From Schmidtea polychroa (taxonomy: Eukaryota): a stretch of DNA of 64,000 nucleotides. The stretch spans positions 248,001 to 312,000 of the forward strand of contig CM097885.1 of assembly GCA_044892525.1 (NCBI GenBank). The letters run 5' to 3'. A model generated the notes under the pieces. It was not told the DNA's origin. It did not search any database and saw nothing but the letters and a program-made list of their open reading frames with translations. Below, piece after piece: positions 1 to 12,795 of the stretch. Position 1 is the first letter of the stretch. The number at the start of each line of letters is the position of its first letter. The position numbers and the translations under genes were made by a program.

Positions 1-3000
1 CCTATAATGTCCATATGCCAAACTTTGATTTTTATCCACCCAATTTCGCTTATCATCTCTACATGTCAAGGCTCTTTTATTATTTTTAATACTAAAAAGT
101 TGGTGATTTTTTGACGTTATTCTAAACTGAGGGACTGTGTATATTTTATCATTTAAATAACAATCTAGATACGACTGATGTGTTAGTCCAGTATCTTTCA
201 TACTTATCCCCTTAGCCTTCATACTTTCCTCATCACCCATCAAACTGTAACATTTAGGTCTCAAGAACACCCAATCTTTATATAATTACCCTTTATTCTC
301 GTCTTTGAATTAACCAATAACAGAATCAAGGTTCCTACTATATAAAGGATGATTTGGGTCATAATTCGAAGTATCTAATAATTGATCTCTAATCATCGCA
401 GGTAAAAGATGTCAAGACTACAATGTTTAATTTCCAAGAAGAAGGAATATGTGTCCCCAGCAACGATATTAATTTCGCAGTCGAATTCGTCGCGATATTT
501 TTGCAACTCTTCATACTGCAGCTGGTACATCCTGAGTTTGGATAATCTAGTACAGTTTGACCAATGTAACTAGGTCTATTCAAACACACTATGTCCTTCT
601 TCAATAAAACCGAAATCAAGTCATCATCGATTTTCGTGGATTTACGAAAAGTCGGTTTCGAACAGAATGTTAATAATCTCTGTGAAGAATTACACAGACG
701 TAAATTAATACGTTTTTTAAGATTTTCAACAGTCTTGCCGTAAAGACTGTTGTTTAATAATTTATAAAAAATTTTATCGAGTTTATTTGTCGACGCTGCT
801 CGTAACGCCGAATTTGTGTTAATATAATTTTTGAAAATTTTATCTTGTTTAAAATTAATTGCTCTATGTGTTTTTGATATTTTAACACCTAATTTAATAA
901 ATATTTGTAGAAGCCTCCAATGAAGAACGTAGTTCCTCTTGGGGCTGTGTGTAAGCAACAGCTTCTCTATTTTCGAACCCGGTACACACATCTTTTCAGC
1001 GGCAACGGGAAGATCGTCCAGTTTGTCGTGAATTGACATCGGTATTTCTAAATCCACTTTTATGGTATAACCATAATCAAGCAGATCTAAATCTACCATT
1101 GTGCATTCAACAATTATATTATTTAATAAATTATCATCAGTAACCCATTCAAAGTCACTGCAAGGTAATGGTTGACTTAAAGCCCAACCGTATAAATTAT
1201 TTATATCTATGTAAAGCAAAGCGGTATCCGGGTCTGTTTTTACATAATGTTTATTTACAAAAGTTAGTCCGCCACGGATACCGCCCTCGAAAAAGTTATA
1301 CATCTCCATATCGGTGAGGAGCTCAATTGGAGAGTTTAAAGTTAATAAGGCTGAATTCCAAGACATACCTGGAATCCCTAAGAAATTTAGTGGCTCTAGT
1401 CGGTTATGAGCAATGGACTTAGCTCTAAATTGCTGGAAAAAATCGGCAAAATGGAAAACATCAAGTTTTAAATAAACCATCATGTAATCGAAAAGTGATG
1501 TACATGAAGTTTCAACCCAAATTTGCTGAGCTGTCTCATATTCAGCGGGAGTCATATCTTTCCAAATAGGAGGTAACTGACGAGTGCTATGTAAAACCTC
1601 TAATGAAGTTGCGGCATCATAAGGAAAAATTCCCTTTGCAATTATTATTGTACCCTGAAATTTTGATTCGGTCAAGGGTAAAGATGATAAAGTTTTGACA
1701 GCATTATTTAAAGACTCGCTGACAAATTGATAAGAGTCTATAAATTTAACAGTTAATGAGTCAATCCTAGCAAAAAGACTAAGGAATTTCTCGCTGGTTA
1801 AAGGAATACAATAAATATTCCATGAATGATATTTTGAAAGGCCAAATTTCAAGATATGATGCAGATCATAACCCTTTAAATTATGAAATACTACAGGAAG
1901 GGTATGTCTAATTTGCCTCGACAGATTACAAGTTGTACAAGCGGCACCAAGATATAGACCGGTAAAATGATCATGGGCCCTAAATGGACTAACTAAAGGC
2001 TTATTGCACAAATAACATGATGTGCTGTTTTCAAACATTAATTGTTGCTCATCTGTAATTATCATTTTCTTTTGATAATTTTTATAATAATAAGGAGTTA
2101 CAATATATTTCCCTATCATTTCAATTTCAGTAAGAAATTGATCGACACAATCTAAACCGGTGAACGACTTATAAATTTTTACGCCCGTGAAATTATTAAT
2201 AAAAAGCATACCGGCAGAAATAGGCAGATGACGTTGAAAGTAGCGAGTGTCTTTAGGTAAGATAGTCTCAAAGTCAGCGTAAATAACAAAGGGAGGAGTG
2301 ACTGTTTACTCCAATCAGTAAATTCTAAATATTTATTTTTAGGCAATGTGTACAAGGTAGTACCAAGCTGATTTTTATCACAAAGACCCTTATGTCTATT
2401 AAAAGCGTCATCATACCTAAAACCGTTTAAACATCTAGGGCACCACTGACTACAAATCCTAACAGGAGTGATTGAACTATTCCTACAATTAAGGAATCTA
2501 TTTAGGTCTGTGATTCCAAGATAATGATAATTATCATTCTTTTCGATTAATAATAAATTGATAGGTATGGCTCCTACTATCTTACTCCTGTATATTATAT
2601 CAATAAAGGGATGTTTCATAACTGCATCTTCATCGGAAATGTCAATCAAAGCCTTTTCGTTATAAGTAAGAACAATAATACTATAACCCGGATTTTGTTG
2701 TTCAAATTTACTTATATTTGATAGTTTCATCGGCATATCATTAGGATCAAATTTAATTTCAGAAAGATTGTATGAATTAGGGCGATTTCTATCTTGCCTA
2801 TTTATACTATCATATTTAATAATTGACAAGAAACTATACAAAAGGCAGAAGTGGTCATTAATAACTACATTAACGAGACAGCTTAAGTTTCTTAAAGATT
2901 TTGGGGTTTCAATAAAACTTCTACCACTTAACCGACTTATTTCAGCAAATTTAGTCAGAACAAAGCTTATGTATTCTATTTTATAGTCCAATTACTACCT

Positions 3001-3242
3001 TTCTCATTAATTTTAATTATTTTTTCATTTAAACGAGCAATACCTTCGCCAATGAATGTATCGCTCCAAACTCGGGCGGAATTCGAGATTACAAAAGATT
3101 GTAACTCATCATCTTTTATAAATTCCACCTTTAGACAAAATTGAATTTTACATGATTTTAATTTATTTACATATAAATTTAATTTATTTATTAAAATGTC
3201 TGGTACAGAGACCGTTTTTAAATCTAAAGACGAAACGTCCAT
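1..3242 (-). pseudogene. Degenerate Maverick/Polinton protein-primed family B DNA polymerase (pPolB) with endonuclease VII-like Zn insert
   Basis: Consecutive ORFs 2976-3242, 2179-2991, 389-2209. Motifs: ADFE (exo I, in the shifted frame), CYLC..HDHFTG..C..CNL, FHNLKGYD, YIDINNLYG (pol A), KLLNNSLYGK (pol B). Frameshifts near 2990, 2305 and 545, and an in-frame TAA near 310. The C-terminus (..FAYGHYR) runs to the window start. Collinear with the PolB at 60178-63725. Confidence 0.93.
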
Positions 3243-3445
3243 TTTTAATATAATATGATTATTATTTAAATCACTGGTGACATCTACGATACCATAACCT
3301 ACTTGATTAATATTATTATAATTATTATTATTATTATTATTACCATTATTATAATAAATATTACTACTACTACTACTATTATTATTATTATTATTATCAA
3401 TTTCATCATCACTTATGTTGATTATTTCATCATCACTTATTGTGA

Positions 3446-3606
3446 TTACATCAATAACTTTAGATTTTTACTTGGTATTGAATTTATTTTTTCATTATTT
3501 TTTCTTTTATTCATATTAATAAGATTATTTATTTGATCATTTAATTTATTTACTTGATCTTTTAGATTATTTATTTCGTTTATATCATTATTATTGGTGC
3601 TGTTGA

Positions 3607-3652
<46 letters not shown>

Positions 3653-3774
3653 GATATTATTATTGTTGTTGATATTATTATTATTGTTGATATTATTGAT
3701 ATTGTTGTTGATATTATTATTATTATTATTGATATTATTTTTATTGCTGTTGATATTATTATTATTATTGTTGA

Positions 3775-3826
<52 letters not shown>

Positions 3827-4036
3827 GATATTATTATTATTGCTGTTGATATTATTATTGTTAACAAACGATTCATATAAGCTATAGAAAAGAGATTTCT
3901 TAGAAGGTTTAAATTGTTGGAGATGGAGTCTATGCTTATTATAAAATTCCTTATACGTTATAACTTCAATAACCTCACATTTAGGGCATAGGATGTAGGT
4001 GACACCGTTATATTTATGACTATAATATCTTTCCAT
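3446..4036 (-). CDS. Upstream/N-terminal segment of the Maverick pPolB locus with CxxC..HxxH motif and poly-Asn microsatellite expansion
   Basis: YILCPKC..FYNKHRLHLQQF aligns with YICPEC..FVRQHGHHLRRF in ORF 59741-60001, which is in the same position upstream of the other PolB. (AAT)n gives poly-N. Confidence 0.6.
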
Positions 4037-4501
4037 TATAATCGCAGTCGTTATGATATTGACTATTACAAAAGTTTTGGTATTTCAAACCTATGAAAAT
4101 ATTTTTATCATAAAATGTTTAAAAAATGTTAAGATAATTTTAATAATCATTTTCAAAGTTTAAGATATTTCGTAAGATATTATTCAAAATTGTCTTTTAA
4201 ATAGTATCTTATAAAAAATATTATAAAAAATAATATAAAATATATAATTTAATTCATTTTCATAAATAAATAATTCATTTTCTAAAATAGATTTTATTTT
4301 CATAAATAATTAAAATAAATTATGATTCCAAATAATATACAAAAGTTATTAATTATAATGTTCAAAATCATCATATTTAATAAATCTTCTTTTCATAAAT
4401 CTTCCTTTCAAAATCATCATAAATAAATAAATCTTCTTTTAAAATATCTTCTTTTCATGAATAAATCTTCTTTTCATATGTTTCTTTATAATCTTCTTTT
4501 A

Positions 4502-4609
<108 letters not shown>

Positions 4610-4659
4610 ATTGTTTAAAAAACTTAAAAACCTCAAAAACGTATAACAATAAATAAATA

Positions 4660-4948
4660 CTTACATTTTCGTCCTTTCGAAAGAAATTTTCCAGCATCAG
4701 AACCAGCAGAAGTTATTATTACATTTATATCTTAAAAAATAATAAAAATAATAATGATTATAATAGTAAATTATTACCATTTATTCTATTCATGTCTACA
4801 TTTTGTCCGTCGATATTCATTTTAATTTGTTGATTAGTACCTAATAATCATATTAAAAATAATAAAATAATAAAATAATAAATTTACCATTAATTCCTCC
4901 AACGATCTTTCCGACAACTCTTTGAATATTGTTGTTGTTGTTGTTCAT
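4660..4948 (-). CDS. Small multi-exon gene of unknown function, probably part of the left Maverick
   Basis: ATG at 4948; two short GT-AG introns join an open frame (MNNN..RVVGKIVGGIN/GTNQQIKMNIDGQNVDMNRIN/DINVIITSAGSDAGKFLSKGRK). 3' end uncertain. Confidence 0.35.
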
Positions 4949-5386
4949 GTTGTTAAATATTGTTAATAGATTTTTAAAAGTAATGAAAAAATGAAAGTGT
5001 AGACTATATAAGAGAGATATTACAGGTTTTATTAACCGACCAATGAAAATAGAGATAGGATAGGAAAAGACACTACATGTTTGTTTATACAAACCATGAC
5101 GAAATAATGGCCTTTACATGTCTTTATTACTCAGTGCTTTGTTACTTTGCACTGTGCATGCACTGAACATGTAATAGTATTACATAATATTTTTAAACAT
5201 AAAATTTAACAAATAATATTTTAAACATATAATAATAGTTAAATCCATCTTTAGATCCATCTTTAAATTTGCAGCAAAATCTTGAAACTAACAATATATA
5301 TTTTCTCAAAGAATTTATAAATAACAAATTTTAATTAATTCACAAAAACCGCAAATTCCTAATTATTAAAACAACCAGATATCTAA

Positions 5387-6370
5387 CTCTCCCCTTCTTA
5401 AGACTTTTTCCACTTTTTCAGCCACTCGATTCTTCTTTCTTTCGTTCCTTCTTGTGAATGTAGTTCGACTCGATGAGGTGATAGAAATCTGGCGATTTTA
5501 TATGGGCCATCGTATTGCATACCATCCTTGTGCCTGTTCTGCGGCTCTTTACGTACGAGTACCTCCTCCCCCACCTCGAAAACACGAGTGCCCCTCTTTG
5601 TCTTATCCATAGCTCTCATAGTGTCTGCGGCTTTACTCGAGTTAAATCTCGCGTCTTCGATTCTTTCGCTTCTTGATATCTCGGCTTGTTTCAGGTTAGA
5701 GTGTAGGTTAACACTCCGTCCATAAATTATCTCAAATGGTGATAAACCTGTAGCACTTTGTCGACTGCTATTTATAGTGAACTCTATTCTGGGTAGAAGT
5801 TCGTGCCAGTTTCTCTCTTCACATCCGCCTGCCAATGTTGCTGTAATAAGATCTCTTATCGTTCGTATGGCTCTTTCGGCTAAACCATTTGATTGGTGCT
5901 GATAGGGTGAGCTGAATTCCTGTTTGATTCCAAGTTTCTGTAGCTTCTGTCTTAGGAAATTCCTTTCGAATTTCGGCCTCTATCTGTTAAAGTACTCTTC
6001 GGTTTTCCAAATCGATAGATCCAACTATTAAGTATTTTTTTGAAAATGGTCCCTTCGTCTTGCTTTGTGATTGCCGTTAAAGAAATCAGTTTGCTAAAAC
6101 GGTCCACCATTACTACCATATATTTTTTTTGGCGTTTATTTCCATGTAAGCCACATCTATAACAATCTGTTCTAAGAATTCAGAGCTATATCTAGGAATA
6201 AATGTTTCCTTGGTTCTTGTCTGATCGATCTTTCTCTTAGCGCAGATCTCGCAACATTGTAAACAGAGTTGGATTGTTTCTTGCATTTTCGGCCAATAAA
6301 ATATCTTTTCCATATAATAAAATAATTTCTTAACTCCAATGTGACATAGTTCTTCATGTAGCGTTGTTGT
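5387..6370 (-). mobile_element. Ty3/Gypsy integrase remnant with polypurine tract
   Basis: Frameshifted pieces: FYWPKM..C..C (zinc-binding), IVIDVAY, SPYQHQSNGLAER, GLSPFEIIYGR, YDGPYKI (GPY/F). Minus-strand purine run AAGAAGGGGAGAG at the stop codon. Confidence 0.85.
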
Positions 6371-7101
6371 TAACAGTGTTAATGTGTAAATTCAAAATTG
6401 GTGTGCTAAAACGAAATCAAAATTTTGATCACGTCATATGCTTATAATATAAATAATTTAATTTCAAGAATCTAGAAATTTCTTATAAAAAAATTGAAAT
6501 TGATTACAAAATTGTAGATTAAAAAAAATTTAAATGTTACATATTCTCAGATTAAAATAAAAGTTAAAACATTGTGCAAATACCGATTAATATGTAGACA
6601 TTAAAAATAATTATAAAATTAATAAGTAGTGATAAAAAATAAAAATAGTTAATTTAAAGTAATTAAAATAAAATAAAAGTAAAACAACCAATTAAGAATT
6701 ATTAATTAAATAAAGTCAAGAATTTCAGAAAATATGATGGACCAAGGTAAACTATAGAGAAATAGAGAATCGTGAAAATTTCAAAAGTTAAATTATCATT
6801 TTCAATTAATATTTTAAAAACATAAAATTACAATTTTTGAAATTCTAAATATCTTGATTAACATTTTTTGCCATAAATTTTAAAAATACAAAAATTTTAC
6901 ACAATTTTCAAATTGAATATTAAATATTTTAAAAATTTTAGATTTGATATTCTTTATTCTTTTTTATGTTTATTCTTGATATGGTTTGCCCATGAGAAAA
7001 TTCACAATTGAACAAATGCAAAAACTTTAAATTTTAATTCTATAAAAAATACTTTTCAAAACCCCTTAAAGCTCTTGGGCAAAAGGAAAATACATTTTAG
7101 A

Positions 7102-7890
7102 CAGAAGCGTAGCTAGAAATCTTAGACCCCTATGCAATGAGTCATAGATGGGCCACCTATACTGCATACACAAGTGAAATATGTGCGGAGCACCATAGCG
7201 CCACAGGGAAAAATTTTTGGCCAACTTTGGAAGCACAACCAGGGTTTCCTAAACTTTTCCTGTGACGGAACACTTCGTAACTGTCAAAATTTTGATGGAA
7301 CACCTTGTTTATTTTGTACGGTATGAGACCAGTGGCGTAGGCCTACCCAATATTTTTTTTAAAAGGTAGGGGAGAGTGTTAATTGAAAGAAGGGCTTATC
7401 GTTACAGAGGAGTTTTGCGCCGCAGGCAAAACATTATTTGGGTCCTCTTTGGAAAGGCAATTTAATTAAATCAGTAGAGCTCAATATATGATATAACGGT
7501 AAATATCGTTAGAAAATGATAATAATGTATCAGGGACAGATGTGTATAGCCGACATGTGAAACAATTTTTTCGACCGTTATAAGAATGGACAATTTACAT
7601 AGATAACTAAAGTTCCTTGCTTATACAGTATATTATTAGCGAGGGAGAGGCAGAGGGGATTACATCAATAGGTAAAATGCAGGTAAATAATGTACTTAAT
7701 GCAATAAGTAAACAAAACACTGGAGCTTTATTACATAAAACCACAAATCGATCATTTGGAGGTCCTTGTTGACTGGTGCCTACCGTGCCATTGTTTTCTG
7801 AAGAAATTTAAGGAAACTTGGAAAAAAGGCCCCCTGTCTTGTGGGCCCCTATGCATTGCTTACTCTTGCTATATGGTACCTACGCCACTG
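7102..7890. mobile_element. Non-autonomous hAT-type element (MITE)
   Basis: Imperfect TIRs CAGAAGCGTAG (7102) and CTACGCCACTG (7890); 8-bp TSD ATTTTAGA on both sides; an extra internal CAGTGGCGTAGG end at 7330. Confidence 0.7.
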
Positions 7891-8251
7891 ATTTTAGAAT
7901 GTTAGTGAGTCAATTTCTTAATGAATTACAGAAGGGTATAGGACAATGTTCCAGTTCTCTATTTCGCATAATTTTATATCATAATATTTTATAAACATTT
8001 TCAATTAGAATTTGCAAATTATAAAAAAATATAAAAATTTTTATAAAGGAAACTTGGAAAAAAGGCCCCACCTGTAAAATTTAAAATAGAATATATTTAA
8101 ATACAAAAATACTGAAACTACATGAAAATATATCAAAATGTTTAAACAACTGACTTAAATTTAAATTAAAACCGAATTTTTCGAAATAATTTAATATTAA
8201 AAGTTAAATTTGTTTGAAAAATCAGTTTAAAATATATTAAACAAATTGCCA

Positions 8252-8725
8252 ATGTCTCAACAGGAATCAGAAGAAATGGAAATGTTATTGCATAACTTAT
8301 CTGAAGTTGTTAAAGAAGAAAAAAAAATAATCTATAAAATATCAATTCAAAAAGATGAAATTAATAAAACAATCAATTTAATTGAAAAACTACAACAATG
8401 TCACTGTGAACAACAGCAAATGCTTTCTAAAGTAAAATTAATTTCTCGACATTCTCTATTATTTATATCTAGTTTAAAGAAAAAGAGATGGATGTGGAAC
8501 TTAAGAAAAGAAAAATTAACCAAGGTAATATATATGTTGTAATACATTTAATATTTTTAGATATCCGAGATTTGAATGAAAGAGAAATTGCCAAACAAGT
8601 AGTGATTGGAGAATCAACAAGCCAATCACAATTAATTGAGTATGTTTGTATTTATGTTTTATCGATCATCAATATCACATAGGTTAAATGGCCATGAAAT
8701 AATTGATTTAACTGAAAGCGGGTAA
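8252..8725 (+). CDS. Small spliced coiled-coil protein gene, host-like, function unknown
   Basis: ATG at 8252, E/K/Q-rich exons separated by ~40 nt GT-AG introns, EIIDLT (SIM-like) near the end. Gene end uncertain. Confidence 0.35.
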
Positions 8726-8906
8726 ATTTTATTAATTGTATTTTATATTACACATTGAGATCGTTATGGAGTGAAATTTTATTTAATTACACTAATTTAT
8801 TTTAATTTAAATTATTTTTTTTTAAATTTTATTATTTAAAATCCTTAAATCTTTTTAATAAAAATTATATTTTACAATTATTAAAATTATTATATATACT
8901 ACTAAT

Positions 8907-9580
8907 CAGTGGCGGACCGAGGCAATGTTGCACCCCGGACGAACTCTTTGTTTTGGCGTCCCACAAATTTTCAATATTCTAAAATTGGTTGATGTAAAAA
9001 AAAATAAAATAATTAACAAATCAATTTTTATTCACAAAAGTAAGAAATAAAAACTTATAATTTACAATTATTTACAGTTACATTGATTTATTTCTAAGTA
9101 ATATTAATTCATTTAAAAATCATTTAAAAAAAATTAATTTTAAATCTGCAAATAATTTGATTCGTTCACTTATATCCACCTTCTGGGCATCTTCATTTTC
9201 AATTAATAATAAAGATAAAGAATTTTATCTTTCATTACTCATTGTCGATCGTAAATATATTGTTATAAGTTTCAATTTACTAAATTTTCATTCTGCTGTA
9301 GCGACCGTAATAGGAATGGTAAGCCAAATTCTTGACGCCACTCATTACTGTATTCTGTAAACTGGTGGTTTTTAAAAATTGTAATATTTTTAACAACGCA
9401 TCTGTATTTTTGTATACAGTGACACTTCACATTTTTTTTCACATTTTTTGGTTACAGTTTATTTTTCAGAAGATAAAAGGCCTTTATTTTATAAATTATT
9501 GATATGAATTTATTTGTATTTCCCAATTCTTATTTTGGCGCTCCTCTAACTCGGTCATCTCGACCGTTAATCCGCCACTG
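8907..9580 (-). mobile_element. Internally deleted hAT DNA transposon
   Basis: TIRs CAGTGGCGGA and TCCGCCACTG; 8-bp TSD CTACTAAT. Minus strand ~9130-9335 encodes a stop-containing hAT dimerisation domain (LTIPITVATAE*KFSKLKLI..YLRSTMSNER*NSLSLL.IE). Confidence 0.9.
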
Positions 9581-9769
9581 CTACTAATTTCATCAAGCAA
9601 CAATCATTTATCATTATTAACAAACAATTTCAAATATAATTATTACAATAATTGAAATTATTTTCATTTGTTTTTTTTGTTTTTGTTGTTGTTTGGTTTT
9701 TTGTTTTAATTTGCTAAAATCTGACAAACTAAATAATTTGGAAATTTCAAAAAAACTGTGGTTGATAAT

Positions 9770-12204
9770 CAAGATTTGATATTTCCCTTAAATGACTTAA
9801 TAAATATTTGAGTTTGCTAGCTCATACTACTGTAAGGTATTTTAACCAGGAAACAAATAAATTGTGGTTAGTAAACGTTTTTAATATGACATGGTCATTA
9901 TTTTTCAAAGGATAGGCGGATATGAGACATTGACTAGATCAACGAAAAATTCTTTGACACCGATTATAAGTAGCATTTGCACTTCACAGTTTTGCTAATG
10001 CACCTAAAAGTCAATATTAAAATTTCCTTATTGCGCTCTATCTCATTATGATCGTTATTGCACCAAAATATCTCCAAAAATTGGTCAACGGATTAATCAA
10101 TGCATTTTGAAAATCAATTTCTAAAAATATATTGCAATATTAAAAATTTAATTTTAGAGATGAGGAATCACAAAGAATATCAAAATTATACGCAATGGAA
10201 GACGGAGTCATCTCATCCGGTGAGAATGGATCCTTGGAACTTCACAAATGGAATGTAAGTTTTACTGAATAATAATTTCTCATCCAATACTTGACAATAT
10301 AAGGGCAATATCATTGATGTTTTACATTAGTAATGAATATCAGTAAATTCGAAACTTTAAGCAACTCAGTTAAAATGCAAACCAAATGGTGACCCAGGAG
10401 CTAGATAAAAATGTAACCTGCAACGTTACGGATTTCGTTATATATTTCGTAATTATATTTAAAACCATTTTCTTATATTTTTCTTATATTTTTCTTATAT
10501 TTCACATTGTAAACATTATTTTCTACGACCCTCCCAATTTGTCTACTTCCATACCGTCTGATTTCATTTGATTCTGTCTTGAAATTATCACATTTTACCT
10601 GATCTCAACAAATATGAAAGTTTTTTATTTCAATAATTTTCATATTAATGTATATTTATTTAATTTATAAATATACATATTCAGAACAATTAATGATAAT
10701 TAAGGTTTTAATTGGTAGCTCTCACAAAAATATCAATTTAATTTCCATAGCATAATACGCTCAAAAAATAGTATAAATAGCGACTTAAAATCACCTAAAA
10801 ATTGTAAGCTAAAATCAATTGAAATTTCAGTAATTGATATCATTTCGAGCATACAAAATTATTTAACCGACCTCAGGTAGCAACAAATAAGGATATAAAG
10901 CAAAAGAAACACAATAAGGAAAAATAAACAAAACAATTGTATAATTTTTATAAAAGGTGATTTTTGAACCAGTGTTTGTGTTCTTATTTATATAGGAGCC
11001 ATCAGGTTGATATTCTGTGAACATCAACAAAATGATTGAATTATAAAGATGAAACCAAAAATATGATAGATTTCTTTTATATTTTTTAATTAATAAAACC
11101 TTTGAAATATTTCATAATCATAAAATATACGGACTTGATCTGACTCCTTTACAGAACAATAAGGAACCAATACCATCAGGGACAACAGAAGATATATTAG
11201 ATTTTTATCTTATCAAAAAGAGGATCTTGGTATGTACATCATACGAAATTATTCTCACTGCTAGACCAGAAGTAAGGAAACCCAATTCAGAAAGAAATAC
11301 AATTTATGACTGATTTAGAAAAAAACACCCGTGAAAATTGTAAAGAGCTTTAAACCGCAGATAATCATTAATATCCAAAGAAATAACGACAAGTTCGAAA
11401 TAGCTCTACGAAACGGTGATATCTGGATTTATGATTTCCCTGAAGGCCCTTTTGTGAAGGTTTTCACTTGGAACTTCCAATTGAAATCAATAATCACAGT
11501 TAACAATCAATCGGTTGCGCTTTCCTCGGTAAATTCTTTATTCTTTCTTTTATTTGAATATTTTTCATGCAGAAATCCAAGGTCTATCAATCAACTAATT
11601 ATGAAAATGCTAATGAAATCAAATCTTTGGAAGGATGTCAACAAATTTATAGTGATACATCTTATAAACAGTTTTTAGCAACTTATATATCATCAATTCG
11701 AGTGATTAATTGGGAGGTACTTTTTATTTTATGTTGTTCGAGTGGTTCCATGGTCATGAAAGTATAACCACTAAAAGAATGATGATATATTCAAAGATCT
11801 TTGTTGTTATTGAGATCGTCATCACCTTATTATATATTATATATGAATAATAAATATTTTGCATTTAGAACTACAGCATTAAGCATGAAATACGAATTGC
11901 GGTTCCTCTGAAAAGTTTGTATTATTATTCGTCTTCCTTTGTGACAGTCGACATAGAAAACTATGTTACAATATTCAAGGTGAGATTAATTCATTAAATG
12001 TATTCATTGCCTCTATTGAAATTAGAAAACACCGAAGGGTTCCATAAATGTGGTTAGGAAATTTGTAGCAGAAAATGAAATAACTGCAATGTCAAACAAT
12101 TACTTTCAAAAGGTGAGACCAATTTATTCAATTGGGATATATTTATTGCATTTTAGATTTATATAGCAATTAACAATAAGATTCAGCTGCTCACCCTAAA
12201 CTAA
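9770..12204 (+). CDS. Multi-exon host-like gene, beta-strand-rich (possibly beta-propeller), product unknown
   Basis: Series of open exons (~10158-10253, 11155-11271, 11319-11528, 11572-11716, 11869-11979, 12025-12112, 12157-12204) with short GT-AG introns; AATAAA just after the stop. Start and some exons unresolved. Confidence 0.4.
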
Positions 12205-12795
12205 ACGCTTTTTGTTTACTAAATAAACTTTTTAATATATTTGTAATGTTTTGGTGATAAATTAAGGTCAATGAATTTTGTAATGTTGGGTTATTTGATT
12301 GGTGGTAATATTTAATTGTTGCCAATCAAATAGTTTCTATTAAAAGTTTCTATTTTATCAATCTAATTACTTATTTACAAATATTTCAAATTTTCTCTAT
12401 TGTTTGGTTCTGAATTATTTTCTCGATCAGTAAATGTTCTGATTCCATTAAGAAAACGACCTCACTTTCCCGACAGTTATGATAATTAATTTCTTTCATC
12501 CCTGTCCTCTCCATGTTTTGTACAGTTTCTGTATTATCACTAATATTTCTGCGTTCTGGAGAAATTGTGATTTTTTCATTTTTGTTTCTGGAATTTTCTA
12601 AACCTTTTTCTATTTCATCATGTTGGAGATGCTGTTTTTGTGTTTGTTTTCCAACTTTGGAATTTGTTTTTGATTTCTTGAACTTATTAATTAGCAATTA
12701 CCTTTCTCCGCTCTGTTGCCTGATTTCTTTTATTTGAACCTCTCCCATTTCTCAATTACTTTCTCTCCTGTTTTCTTTTTCAGGTTCTAGAGTCC

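Noticed and set aside
3303..3887. Poly-Ile/poly-Leu ORFs (also 43930-44392 and 60652-60840)
   Set aside because: Translations of (ATT)n or (TA)n microsatellites, not genes.
12386..12795. Minus-strand ORF at the LTR insertion site, continuing into 42812-43120
   Set aside because: May be an older element interrupted by the insertion, but no diagnostic motif or ends could be identified.
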